This document shows, piece after piece, positions 1-9,621 of a DNA stretch of 13,934 bases. Under the pieces are notes generated by a model that worked only from the letters and a program-made list of their open reading frames with translations, was not told the origin of the DNA and did not search any database. The stretch spans positions 1-13,934 of the forward strand of contig CAMAPH010000055.1 in NCBI GenBank assembly GCA_945859975.1. Direction: 5' to 3'. Source of the stretch: Chthonomonas calidirosea (lineage in GTDB: Bacteria > Armatimonadota > Fimbriimonadia > Fimbriimonadales > Fimbriimonadaceae). The stretch's first letter is position 1, and the number at the start of each line of letters is the position of its first letter. The position numbers and the translations under genes are program-made.

Positions 1-2457
<2,457 letters not shown>

Positions 2458-2462
2458 CCTTC

Positions 2463-2489
2463 AAGTGCGGCGGTCTTACCGCCGCACTT
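2463..2489. terminator. Perfect 12-bp inverted repeat between convergent clpB and MNT genes (bidirectional terminator or REP-like palindrome)
   Basis: AAGTGCGGCGGT-CTT-ACCGCCGCACTT, 5 nt after the clpB stop and touching the MNT stop. No long U-tract on either strand. Confidence 0.65.
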
Positions 2490-2782
2490 CAGCCCGAAAC
2501 CAGCTCAAACTTCCCGAGCTCAATCTCCGCCTGCCACTCCGCCGGAAGTTCGTTCCATACGTGCACGTCCACAATAAATGGCAAATCGCTCTCCTCGAAA
2601 GCCTCTCGTAGCGAGAACACTCGACCATCCCCCTGCTCTGAAAAAACCACGAGATCTAAGTCAGAAGTCCGACGAGCCGTACCCTTCACTCGAGACCCGT
2701 AGGCCCAAGACCGAACACCGGAAACATGCTGGTGCAACAAACTCCGCACCAGATCCAATTCCGTCTCAGTAAGCGCTACCAT
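2489..2782 (-). CDS. Minimal nucleotidyltransferase (MNT; HI0073/MntA-like antitoxin)
   Basis: 97 aa. YGS-RVKGTARRTS-DLD is an exact GSX10DXD motif. C-terminal EESDLPFIVDV is typical of this family. The start overlaps the HEPN stop by 7 nt (ATGGTAG). Confidence 0.9.
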   Translation of the reverse strand: MVALTETELDLVRSLLHQHVSGVRSWAYGSRVKGTARRTSDLDLVVFSEQGDGRVFSLREAFEESDLPFIVDVHVWNELPAEWQAEIELGKFELVSG

Positions 2783-3195
2783 TTCTCCCCGCTCATCGTT
2801 TCGTAAAGCCCAGTCGCGTCTACTAAAAAGTCTGGAATAACTTGAAGCGTCTCGGCCGCCTTTTCGCCGCTGTAGTCATGCGAGCTCGCATTTCTGGCGT
2901 TCACATACAAAATCCAAGCCGCAATCCGGCCTTTAAGCAGATTGTTTTGATCCGCGATTCTTAAAATTGGCTTGGGCCCGTTCGGCACCTCCGCCAACCC
3001 AACTTCTTCTGCCAAGTATTTCAGTAGCAACTTCCAGCTCATTTCCAGAGCAAGATCAAACCGCTTGATCACCGACTCCTGCACAGCTTCCAAGTCAAGC
3101 AGCGATAGCCCCTCGCGCTTCCCGCTGCTCTCCAGATTTTCCCACTGCCGCTCGAGATTCCCTAATGCTGCTCGCAGTTTCGAATAATCAATCAT
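2776..3195 (-). CDS. HEPN-domain protein (HI0074-type nucleotidyltransferase substrate-binding family; putative RNase toxin)
   Basis: Re-started at ATG 3195 (MIDYSKL..., 139 aa) instead of 3330, which would overlap the divergent gene. GGAGG at 3213-3209 and a promoter lie upstream. IKRFDLALEMSWK helix and RNASSHDY = RX4HXY HEPN motif. Confidence 0.88.
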   Translation of the reverse strand: MIDYSKLRAALGNLERQWENLESSGKREGLSLLDLEAVQESVIKRFDLALEMSWKLLLKYLAEEVGLAEVPNGPKPILRIADQNNLLKGRIAAWILYVNARNASSHDYSGEKAAETLQVIPDFLVDATGLYETMSGEKW

Positions 3196-3220
3196 CAGGC
3201 CGTTGCTACCTCCAACCCTC

Positions 3221-3249
3221 GTTCTACCTCGCCCCTGCGTGGTAGTCAA
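3221..3249 (-). promoter_or_regulatory. Sigma70-type promoter of the HEPN-MNT operon
   Basis: The minus strand reads TTGACT (3249-3244), 17 nt spacer, TAGAAC (3226-3221), followed by GGAGG and ATG 3195. The -10 lacks the final T. Confidence 0.6.
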
Positions 3250-3262
3250 ACTAATTGAAGAT

Positions 3263-3282
3263 CGGCGGCTCCACAACCGCCG
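3263..3282. repeat. Short GC-rich inverted repeat related to the 2463-2489 palindrome
   Basis: CGGCGG-CTCCACAA-CCGCCG. It shares AAG-nn-CGGCGG...ACCGCCGC with the palindrome on the other side of the HEPN-MNT pair. Confidence 0.45.
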
Positions 3283-3307
3283 CCACCCCGCCGGTAATAT
3301 GTTCCCA

Positions 3308-4288
3308 ATGCCTTCAACGGCGGAAGCCAAACTAGCAATCGAGGAGCTCAGCGACTACACCGCCGAAGCCGCCAAACGCGCTGGCTCAAAAGACGCCAAA
3401 AATCCCGGAAACCGCGTCCTCTTCCGCTGGCCGCCGCACCCCGTCAGCTGGGAATACAACGTTCACGCCACCGACTGGACCGGCGAAGCGACCTTCGAAG
3501 CCTACGGCGAAACCTTCGCCGTCCAAACCGCCCGCACCGCCCACGGAACCTTCGGGAAATGCCACGAACTCTGGCTAGAAGCAAGGGGAGAAGACCTCGA
3601 TGACATGCTGGCCGAGCTCAAAGAAGCCAGCGAACCGCTCTTCAAAAGGCAACTCGCCATCGCAAACTGCATCGGACAACAAACCCGATTCACCGGCCAC
3701 CTGCGAGACCTTAACCGGACCCAGCTCCTAAAGCTCCTGTTCTGCGAAGACCGAGACGTCGCCCACGAAACCCGCGTCCTCATCGAGAGCACCGCCACCG
3801 ACCCCTTCTGGCTCCCCTGCCTCATCTTCATCCTAAACGACCGAAACCACCCCTACCGCCGCGTCGCCCAATGGTGCGTCCTCGACCTCTTCGAAGCCCT
3901 CCCAACCTTCGCCGGAGACCGCGACACCACCGAAGCCGTCGCCGCCATGAAGTCCCTCATCTGGGACGCCGAAGACGACTACGCCCGAACCATCTATAAA
4001 GCCGGCGTCGTCCTCGGCGGCCACCTCCCCCACATCCTAGGCGGCCCAACCCTCCTAGAATGTCTAACCGCCCCCAGCCCCATCGGCCGCCGAGCCGCCA
4101 TCCACGGCCTCTATCACGTCGTCGAATGGATTCCAGAAATGAAGGAAACCGTCACAAAAGCCCTTCAAAACGTCGCCGTAAACGACCCCCACCCCCTCCT
4201 CCGGTCCTACGCCGCCGCCATGGCCCAAGATATCCTCAACGACGAAGCCGACCACGTAGTCGAGCCCCTGCTGGAATCCGAAAAATGA
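3308..4288 (+). CDS. Hypothetical HEAT/ARM-repeat protein with putative N-terminal HicB-like domain
   Basis: Strong C-ending codon bias. Start placed at ATG 3308 (TAATAT at 3295-3300, 7 nt upstream); ATG 3299 is an alternative. HEAT-like units HPYRRVAQWCVLDL, SPIGRRAAIHGLYHV, DPHPLLRSYAAAM. Ends in an ATGA overlap with dacB. Confidence 0.75.
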   Translation: MPSTAEAKLAIEELSDYTAEAAKRAGSKDAKNPGNRVLFRWPPHPVSWEYNVHATDWTGEATFEAYGETFAVQTARTAHGTFGKCHELWLEARGEDLDDMLAELKEASEPLFKRQLAIANCIGQQTRFTGHLRDLNRTQLLKLLFCEDRDVAHETRVLIESTATDPFWLPCLIFILNDRNHPYRRVAQWCVLDLFEALPTFAGDRDTTEAVAAMKSLIWDAEDDYARTIYKAGVVLGGHLPHILGGPTLLECLTAPSPIGRRAAIHGLYHVVEWIPEMKETVTKALQNVAVNDPHPLLRSYAAAMAQDILNDEADHVVEPLLESEK

Positions 4289-5553
4289 GCCCCGCGCTAA
4301 CCTCGCTCCTCTACCTCGCAACCCACCAGGCCCCAACCGCCACCGACCAACTAGAAGCTCTCCTAAACGACCCGAAACTAAAAGGCGCCCTCGTCTCCGC
4401 CAGCATCACCAGCCTCGACGGAACCACGCTCTACGAGAAAAACCCCGGCCAAAGGGTCATGCCGGCCAGCAACCAAAAGCTCATCAGCAGCGCTTTCGCC
4501 CTCCACCAACTCGGCCCCGACTACCGCCCCCGAACCCGCTTCTGGCGCGTAGACGACAAAGTCATCATCGACTCCCCCGGAGATCCGCTGATGAACTACC
4601 GAACCCTCATCGAAGCCTCGCGACTCCTGAGAACAAACCGATCCCTAAGGGTCTACGTCCGACAATCCTACAACCCCGGAGTCCCCGACACCTGGGAGTT
4701 CGATGACCTGCCAAACAAATACGCCTCACCAATCTCCGCCTTCACCGTAGACCGAGCCAGCGTCGAACTCTGGAACGTCAACGGAACCCCGGCAATCCGC
4801 CCGACCAAGTACTACTTAAGAATCGAGCAACAAGAAGGGCCAAAACTAACCACCCGCTACGCCCCCTTTGAACGCACTATCTACATCAACGGAAAGCTCG
4901 AAAAGAAAACCGAACGGCTAGATACCCTCAGCCTCATCGCCCCTTCAGAAGCCGCCATGATGCTCTTCGGCCGCCCCCAAAGGGCCACCCCCGAACTCCC
5001 CGAAGCCCCACCTACCCTCGCCGTAGACGGCCGCCCCCTCGCCGACATGCTAAAAGAGTGCCTCCCGCCCAGCGATAACAATATCGCCGAGCACCTCCTT
5101 CTACTAGGCGCCCAAGCAAAAAGCCCACTCGGCGATTCGCCCTATTCGGTCGCCAGAAAATCCGCCCAAACCTTCCTAGAAGAAACCGTCGGCGTCGCAA
5201 AAGGCGACTTCCGAATCTACGACGGCAGCGGAATGAGCCGCCACAACCTGGTCACAACCAGGGGAATCACGAAGCTCCTAACCTGGGCAGAAACCCAGCC
5301 GACCTCGAGGCTCTACCGAAACGCCATGGCCACCCCCGGCCGCGGAACCTTGGCAACCCGATTAGACGGCGTTCCCTTCCAAGGCAAAACCGGATCGCTC
5401 GACATGGTCGTCGGCCTCAGCGGCTACCTCCGCTGCGAAAACGGCCGCCAAGTCGCCATCAGCATCATCCTAAACCAGTTCCTCTGCTCCGCAACCGAAG
5501 CCAGAAACATCCTCGACGACTTCACACGCTCGGCGCGACGCCTTCAGCCCTGA
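4285..5553 (+). CDS. dacB: D-alanyl-D-alanine carboxypeptidase/endopeptidase (PBP4, peptidase S13)
   Basis: Start moved to ATG 4285 (ATGA overlap; 422 aa, short hydrophobic N-terminus MSPALTSLLYLA). SxxK = PASNQK, SxN = SDN, DGSGMSRHN, KTG = KTGS. Confidence 0.92.
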   Translation: MSPALTSLLYLATHQAPTATDQLEALLNDPKLKGALVSASITSLDGTTLYEKNPGQRVMPASNQKLISSAFALHQLGPDYRPRTRFWRVDDKVIIDSPGDPLMNYRTLIEASRLLRTNRSLRVYVRQSYNPGVPDTWEFDDLPNKYASPISAFTVDRASVELWNVNGTPAIRPTKYYLRIEQQEGPKLTTRYAPFERTIYINGKLEKKTERLDTLSLIAPSEAAMMLFGRPQRATPELPEAPPTLAVDGRPLADMLKECLPPSDNNIAEHLLLLGAQAKSPLGDSPYSVARKSAQTFLEETVGVAKGDFRIYDGSGMSRHNLVTTRGITKLLTWAETQPTSRLYRNAMATPGRGTLATRLDGVPFQGKTGSLDMVVGLSGYLRCENGRQVAISIILNQFLCSATEARNILDDFTRSARRLQP

Positions 5554-6532
5554 GCTTTTCGGCATCAATCACAGCCTGCAAAGAGGCAATGGCAACCTCA
5601 AGGTGCTTATCTTCAGGGTCCCGAGTCGTCAAGTACTGACTCATCAATCCGGGCCAGAAAATGCCCTGAACAATCTTGTTGTTCTTCATCTTCCCCGCCC
5701 ACCGAATCGCCTCATAGGCTAGACCAGAAATCAAAGGCAAGACAACCAACTCGATCAAGAACCGAACCGAAGCGTCAATAAACCACCCCCTCGGCGCCCC
5801 AAACGGATACCGAGGGACAAAAGTGAAAACGATAAAGCTGATGATCAGAACAACAATCGCAAAGCTCGTCCCACATCGCGGATGCAACCGAGTCTGAGCC
5901 CGAACCTCGTCCAGGTTCAACGGTCGCCCCGCCTCAACCGCATTGATCGCCTTATGCTCCGCGCCGTGATACCGGAACACTTCCTTGATATCCGGCAACT
6001 GACCAATGCCCCACAAATACCCAAGGAAGAACGTGACCTTGATGATCTCGACCACCAAGTTGATCAACATCCCACTCGCCCCGAACCGCTCTAGCGGTTG
6101 TGCAAGCAGATTCGGCAAATAGTTAAAAAGGAACAAACCCATTGCAAGGCCAATAACCAGCGCCCCACCAATAGCCACGTCCTGAATCTTTGCCTGGTTC
6201 TGCTCACTCTTCGTCGGGCCACTTAACGTCTCGCCAGCCGCCTCGGCTGCCTCGCGCTTCAGCTCTTCTTCGCCATCGGTGATTACTTTGGCCGCGTAGC
6301 GCATTGCCCGGGCACCCAGCGCCATCGTATCGAGCAAAGCAAGCGAACCACGGAAGAAAGGCCACTTCAACCAAGCCTGACGACCAATCCAAGTCTTCTC
6401 AAGCGGCTCGTGGTGAACCACCACGTCCCCCTTTGGAGACCTCACCGCAACGGCAAAATAGTGCGGAGATCTCATCATGACCCCCTCGATGACGGCTTGG
6501 CCGCCCATTTGGAGGTACTCAGCTTCGGGCAT
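5522..6532 (-). CDS. DUF1385 family membrane protein (predicted metal-dependent enzyme)
   Basis: Hallmark motifs GGQAVIEGVMMR, FRYHGAEHKAIN, HPRCGTSF, PGLMSQYLTTRDP; several hydrophobic segments. The 3' end overlaps dacB convergently by 32 nt. Confidence 0.9.
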   Translation of the reverse strand: MPEAEYLQMGGQAVIEGVMMRSPHYFAVAVRSPKGDVVVHHEPLEKTWIGRQAWLKWPFFRGSLALLDTMALGARAMRYAAKVITDGEEELKREAAEAAGETLSGPTKSEQNQAKIQDVAIGGALVIGLAMGLFLFNYLPNLLAQPLERFGASGMLINLVVEIIKVTFFLGYLWGIGQLPDIKEVFRYHGAEHKAINAVEAGRPLNLDEVRAQTRLHPRCGTSFAIVVLIISFIVFTFVPRYPFGAPRGWFIDASVRFLIELVVLPLISGLAYEAIRWAGKMKNNKIVQGIFWPGLMSQYLTTRDPEDKHLEVAIASLQAVIDAEKLRAEGVAPSV

Positions 6533-6538
6533 GCCGCA

Positions 6539-6544
6539 AGTATA
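6539..6544 (-). promoter_or_regulatory. -10 element of probable leaderless DUF1385 transcript
   Basis: Minus strand TATACT-TGCGGC-ATG(6532); no SD. Confidence 0.55.
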
Positions 6545-6594
6545 CAGCCGGGCCGAACTCCTAAAAATCTGAGATAATTTTCGAAAAAGACCCG

Positions 6595-6620
6595 CACAAT
6601 TCCCAGCGGAACACGTCTAA
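6595..6620 (+). promoter_or_regulatory. Possible alternative (ECF-type) sigma promoter
   Basis: CACAATT-N12-CGTCTAA upstream of the 76-aa ORF. The same CACAATT-N12-CGT geometry recurs at 11234-11255. Confidence 0.3.
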
Positions 6621-6654
6621 CATGTCATGCTATCGGGCATACAGGAGGGCTGAT

Positions 6655-6885
6655 ATGATTACTGGCACCAGTCAGGAAGGTCTGCAGCTCACCGAGGATG
6701 AAGCGATCGCGCTTCTGGGATTGTGTATGACAAGCCCGCTGAAGTTAGATCCGGAGTCCGAGAAAGCGTTGAGAAAGCTTGCGGATTATTGCCAAGTGCA
6801 ATTATCTAAGTCATCATCAGTGGAGTATCGCTCCACGATCCAAAAGCCATTTCTTGACTGTGAGCTAAGTAAGGTGGGGACCTAG
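6655..6885 (+). CDS. Small hypothetical protein (76 aa)
   Basis: AGGAGG at 6643-6648, 6 nt before ATG 6655 (preferred over 6622). Helical core QLTEDEAIALLGLCMTSPLKLDPESEKALRKLADYC. Confidence 0.65.
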   Translation: MITGTSQEGLQLTEDEAIALLGLCMTSPLKLDPESEKALRKLADYCQVQLSKSSSVEYRSTIQKPFLDCELSKVGT

Positions 6886-6894
6886 GTTCCCACC
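6873..6894. repeat. 22-bp near-perfect palindrome over the small-ORF stop codon and upstream of the Nif3 -10
   Basis: GGTGGGGACCT|AGGTTCCCACC, with one mismatch that would be a G-U pair in RNA. Confidence 0.55.
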
Positions 6895-6899
6895 GACCT

Positions 6900-6905
6900 T
6901 ATAAT
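6900..6905 (+). promoter_or_regulatory. Consensus -10 element of probable leaderless Nif3 transcript
   Basis: TATAAT-AAGCTC-GTG(6912); no SD. Confidence 0.65.
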
Positions 6906-6911
6906 AAGCTC

Positions 6912-8033
6912 GTGCCCCTGAAATGTACGGTTCAGTCTGTTCTTTCGACCCTGGAGAGCCTCTCTCCAGCTCGGTTTGCTTTTAGTTTTGATTCCGTGGG
7001 CCTCCTTCTTGGAGATCGTAATGCGCCCGTTTCTCGCGCGCTCGTCTCCCTTGATCATTCCCTTGCCTCGGTTGACGCCTGCATTTCCGCCGAAGCGCAA
7101 CTCCTCGTTTGCCATCATCCCATTTTCTTCCACCCCGTCCAACGCTTCAACACCGATTCCTATGAAGGTCGTGTCGCTTGGAAAATGGCCAAAAGCGGAA
7201 TCTCGCTGATCACCGCCCACACCAATTGGGACTCGGCTCGCGGCGGAATTAACGACGCCCTTGCTGCAAAGCTCGGACTATCCGAAGTCACAGATTTCGG
7301 CAGCGGTGCGGAAGTCACCCGCTACAAGCTCGTGACCTTCGTTCCGCTGGCCGATGCCGATGCGGTCGCGCTCGCCCTGGCAACCGCCGGAGCAGGCCGC
7401 ATCGGAAACTACGAACACTGCTCGTTCCGCAGCGAAGGCGAAGGCAGATTCCTACCAATGTCTGGAGCAAACCCCGCCATTGGCGAAGTTGGCGAACTCA
7501 CCCGCGTTCCAGAAACTCGCCTGGAAGTTCTCGTTCCAACGGAAGTCAAGGCGAAAGTTCTGCGAGCGCTTCGAAGTGCCCATCCGTACGAGGAACCCGC
7601 ATACGATCTCATCCCGTTGGACAAAGTCGTCGAGCAACCCGCTGGTCGCATCGGCATCTTGCCGGCGGCAATGCCCCTCCAGCAGTTTGCAGAGCTCACT
7701 TCCGGTTGCCTCAATCAAGCCACTTGGACCTTTGGCGATCCCAAACGTCCCGTCCGCAAAGTCGCTGTGGTCGGCGGCGCTGCAGATGGCGATTGGGTGC
7801 ACGCCCAACGTGCCGGTGCAGATGTCTTTGTGACCGGCGAAGTGAAGCAGCACATCGGTCTTGAAGCCAGCGAATGCGGCATGCCCATCATCGCCGCCGG
7901 ACACTACGCGACCGAACAGCCCGGAGTTATCGCGCTTCGCGACCACCTAGCGACTCGCCTACCCGAAATCGAATTCACAACCTTCGAGCCCGACCTCGGT
8001 CTGGCCGGAAGGCCCTTCGGAACCTTTGCTTAA
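6912..8033 (+). CDS. Nif3-like dinuclear metal centre protein (YqfO/DUF34 type with PII-like insertion)
   Basis: GTG start. Motifs D-SVGLLLG, CHHPIFF, AHTNWD, GINDALA, GHYATE; PII-like insert KLVTFVP...AGAGRIGNYEHCSF...HPYEEPAYD. Confidence 0.93.
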   Translation: MPLKCTVQSVLSTLESLSPARFAFSFDSVGLLLGDRNAPVSRALVSLDHSLASVDACISAEAQLLVCHHPIFFHPVQRFNTDSYEGRVAWKMAKSGISLITAHTNWDSARGGINDALAAKLGLSEVTDFGSGAEVTRYKLVTFVPLADADAVALALATAGAGRIGNYEHCSFRSEGEGRFLPMSGANPAIGEVGELTRVPETRLEVLVPTEVKAKVLRALRSAHPYEEPAYDLIPLDKVVEQPAGRIGILPAAMPLQQFAELTSGCLNQATWTFGDPKRPVRKVAVVGGAADGDWVHAQRAGADVFVTGEVKQHIGLEASECGMPIIAAGHYATEQPGVIALRDHLATRLPEIEFTTFEPDLGLAGRPFGTFA

Positions 8034-8494
8034 AGCGCTTTGCCGAAGCAAGTGCTGGCTTCGACCCCAACGTAAGGACCGTAGTTCGGAATGATCGCGT
8101 AGCCCGCGTTTTTGTACAAGGAAAACGCGGCCGTCAAGCGAATGCTTGTTTCCAAAACTGTGTTCAGGAAGCCAAGCTCGCGAGCCCAAGCTTCCAACTC
8201 TTCCAGAATCGCCCGCGAGATCCCCTTCCCGCGTGCCTCTGGAACCACGTACATCCTCTTGACCTCAATCTCCGTTTCGGAAAATGGCCGGATAGCCCCG
8301 CACGCCACGGCCTGCCCGTCCAAGTAAGCCACCACCACGTAAGGGATCGAATCGGCCTTGTTGAACTGCTGAAAAAAGCTCGCCTGATCCCCGTCATGAA
8401 TCGCCAGAAAACGCGTCAGTTCCGATGCCAGCAACTGAAAATCTGGGTGCTGAGAATCGCTCCGAATAATCTGTATGGGTCGTGGCTCGCTCAT
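8030..8494 (-). CDS. GNAT family N-acetyltransferase
   Basis: VACGAIR, EVKRMYVVPEARGKGISRAIL (acetyl-CoA motif A), LET...A..LYKNAGY. The stop overlaps the Nif3 stop (TTAA). Confidence 0.92.
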   Translation of the reverse strand: MSEPRPIQIIRSDSQHPDFQLLASELTRFLAIHDGDQASFFQQFNKADSIPYVVVAYLDGQAVACGAIRPFSETEIEVKRMYVVPEARGKGISRAILEELEAWARELGFLNTVLETSIRLTAAFSLYKNAGYAIIPNYGPYVGVEASTCFGKAL

Positions 8495-8568
8495 TGGGAT
8501 TGCGGACCATTATCCACAAATGCCTGGGTACCAACGCCCAACAACCAAAAACTTAAGTAATCTACGCT

Positions 8569-8715
8569 ATGGAAAGACCAAGCAAGAAGCAGATTCGCGC
8601 CGGAATTGAGCAACTTAAAGCCAAGCCAACCTCCGACGGCAACGTTCCGACCCCACAAACCGGCAAGCTCGCCGAAAAGAAACTGAACCAGCGAATTCGA
8701 AAACAGGGCGTATAA
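8569..8715 (+). CDS. Small basic hypothetical protein (48 aa; not in the ORF track)
   Basis: Hand-translated: MERPSKKQIRAGIEQLKAKPTSDGNVPTPQTGKLAEKKLNQRIRKQGV*. TAATCT (8558-8563) lies 5 nt upstream. Fills the gap and stops 3 nt before the ankyrin gene stop. Confidence 0.6.
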   Translation: MERPSKKQIRAGIEQLKAKPTSDGNVPTPQTGKLAEKKLNQRIRKQGV

Positions 8716-8718
8716 GTC

Positions 8719-9123
8719 CTAACTGCCCAAAGCTGCCTTAAGCAGCTTCGCCGCGGCAGATGCGTTATGAAACTCCGTTTCCTGCAACGGAGTCCGTCCC
8801 GCCGGATTTGTCGCCTTCGGATCCGCCCCTCGCGCAAGCAGCAACTCCACGACCGCCTTCTGATTGCCATGCGCCGCGGCGTGAAGCGCCGTATCTCCCC
8901 AGTGATCGTTCTGATTCCGGTCCTGACTATCTGCCCCAGCATCCAGCAGAACCTCAACCACCGCGACGTGCCCCTTCCAAGCCGCGCAGTGTAATGGAGT
9001 GGAGCCATCCGAATCGCGCACGGTCAGCAAGCCCGGTTCCGAAGCCAAAAGTTCACGCACGGCATCAGCGTCACCATTCTTTGCCGCCTTCAGCATCAAC
9101 TTCTCGGAACTCGACAACCCCAT
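8719..9123 (-). CDS. Ankyrin-repeat protein
   Basis: Repeats LKAAKNGDADAVRELL, GSTPLHCAAWKGHVAVVEVLLDAGAD, GDTALHAAAHGNQKAVVELLLARGAD, GRTPLQ. Confidence 0.93.
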   Translation of the reverse strand: MGLSSSEKLMLKAAKNGDADAVRELLASEPGLLTVRDSDGSTPLHCAAWKGHVAVVEVLLDAGADSQDRNQNDHWGDTALHAAAHGNQKAVVELLLARGADPKATNPAGRTPLQETEFHNASAAAKLLKAALGS

Positions 9124-9231
9124 CGCTCCCCGATCGTATCATTTTTCCGCCCCCGGCGCAGGTACCCAACAAAACACATCACAAACTTCACGCGACTCTC
9201 TATACTTAACCGACCGTAGGCAAAACAAACC

Positions 9232-9603
9232 ATGGAACTAGGCGCATTTTCCGTTAGCTTGACCGTTAAAGACCTCGCCGCCTCAATGGCGTTCTACGAA
9301 AAACTAGGCTTCACCCAGTTCCACGGTGACCCCGCCCAAAACTGGGTGATCCTCAAAAATGGCGACCACGTCATCGGCCTCTTCCAAGGCATGTTCGAAA
9401 AGAACGTCCTCACCTTCAACCCCGGCTGGACCCAAGCTGCCGAGTCCGTAGCAGCCTTCACCGATGTCCGCCAGATCCAGCAGAAGCTCAAAGCCGACGG
9501 CGTTGCCTTCGTGATGGAAGCCGACGAAAACACGAGCGGCCCGGCCTGCTTCATGCTTGAAGATCCCGATGGAAACCCAATCCTCATCGACCAGCACGTG
9601 TGA
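9232..9603 (+). CDS. VOC/glyoxalase-bleomycin resistance family protein
   Basis: [21 protein letters not shown] ... [22 protein letters not shown] at 9200-9205 upstream. Confidence 0.92.
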   Translation: MELGAFSVSLTVKDLAASMAFYEKLGFTQFHGDPAQNWVILKNGDHVIGLFQGMFEKNVLTFNPGWTQAAESVAAFTDVRQIQQKLKADGVAFVMEADENTSGPACFMLEDPDGNPILIDQHV

Positions 9604-9621
9604 TCGAGTTCCTGGCCGCGA

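Noticed and set aside
3196..3330. N-terminal extensions of the HEPN ORF (to 3330) and the HEAT ORF (from 3203)
   Set aside because: They would overlap head-to-head and cover the promoter. Better-supported starts exist at 3195 (-) and 3308 (+).
4060..4284. 75-aa Arg/Pro-rich N-terminal extension of dacB
   Set aside because: Off-frame read-through of the upstream gene. ATG 4285 gives an ATGA overlap and a plausible signal segment.
6854..6905. TTGACT (6854-6859) as -35 for TATAAT (6900)
   Set aside because: A 40-nt spacer is far too long.
8527..9172. GGTACC(C)AAC and CCCAACAA shared by two divergent intergenic regions (near 8527 and 9161)
   Set aside because: Short and A/C-rich on a strand that is already A/C-rich, with no consistent spacing to start codons.
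9180..9204. Third CACAA upstream of the VOC gene as another copy of the CACAATT-N12-CGT motif
   Set aside because: Lacks the TT and has TCT instead of CGT at the expected position. A standard TATACT -10 explains this promoter.
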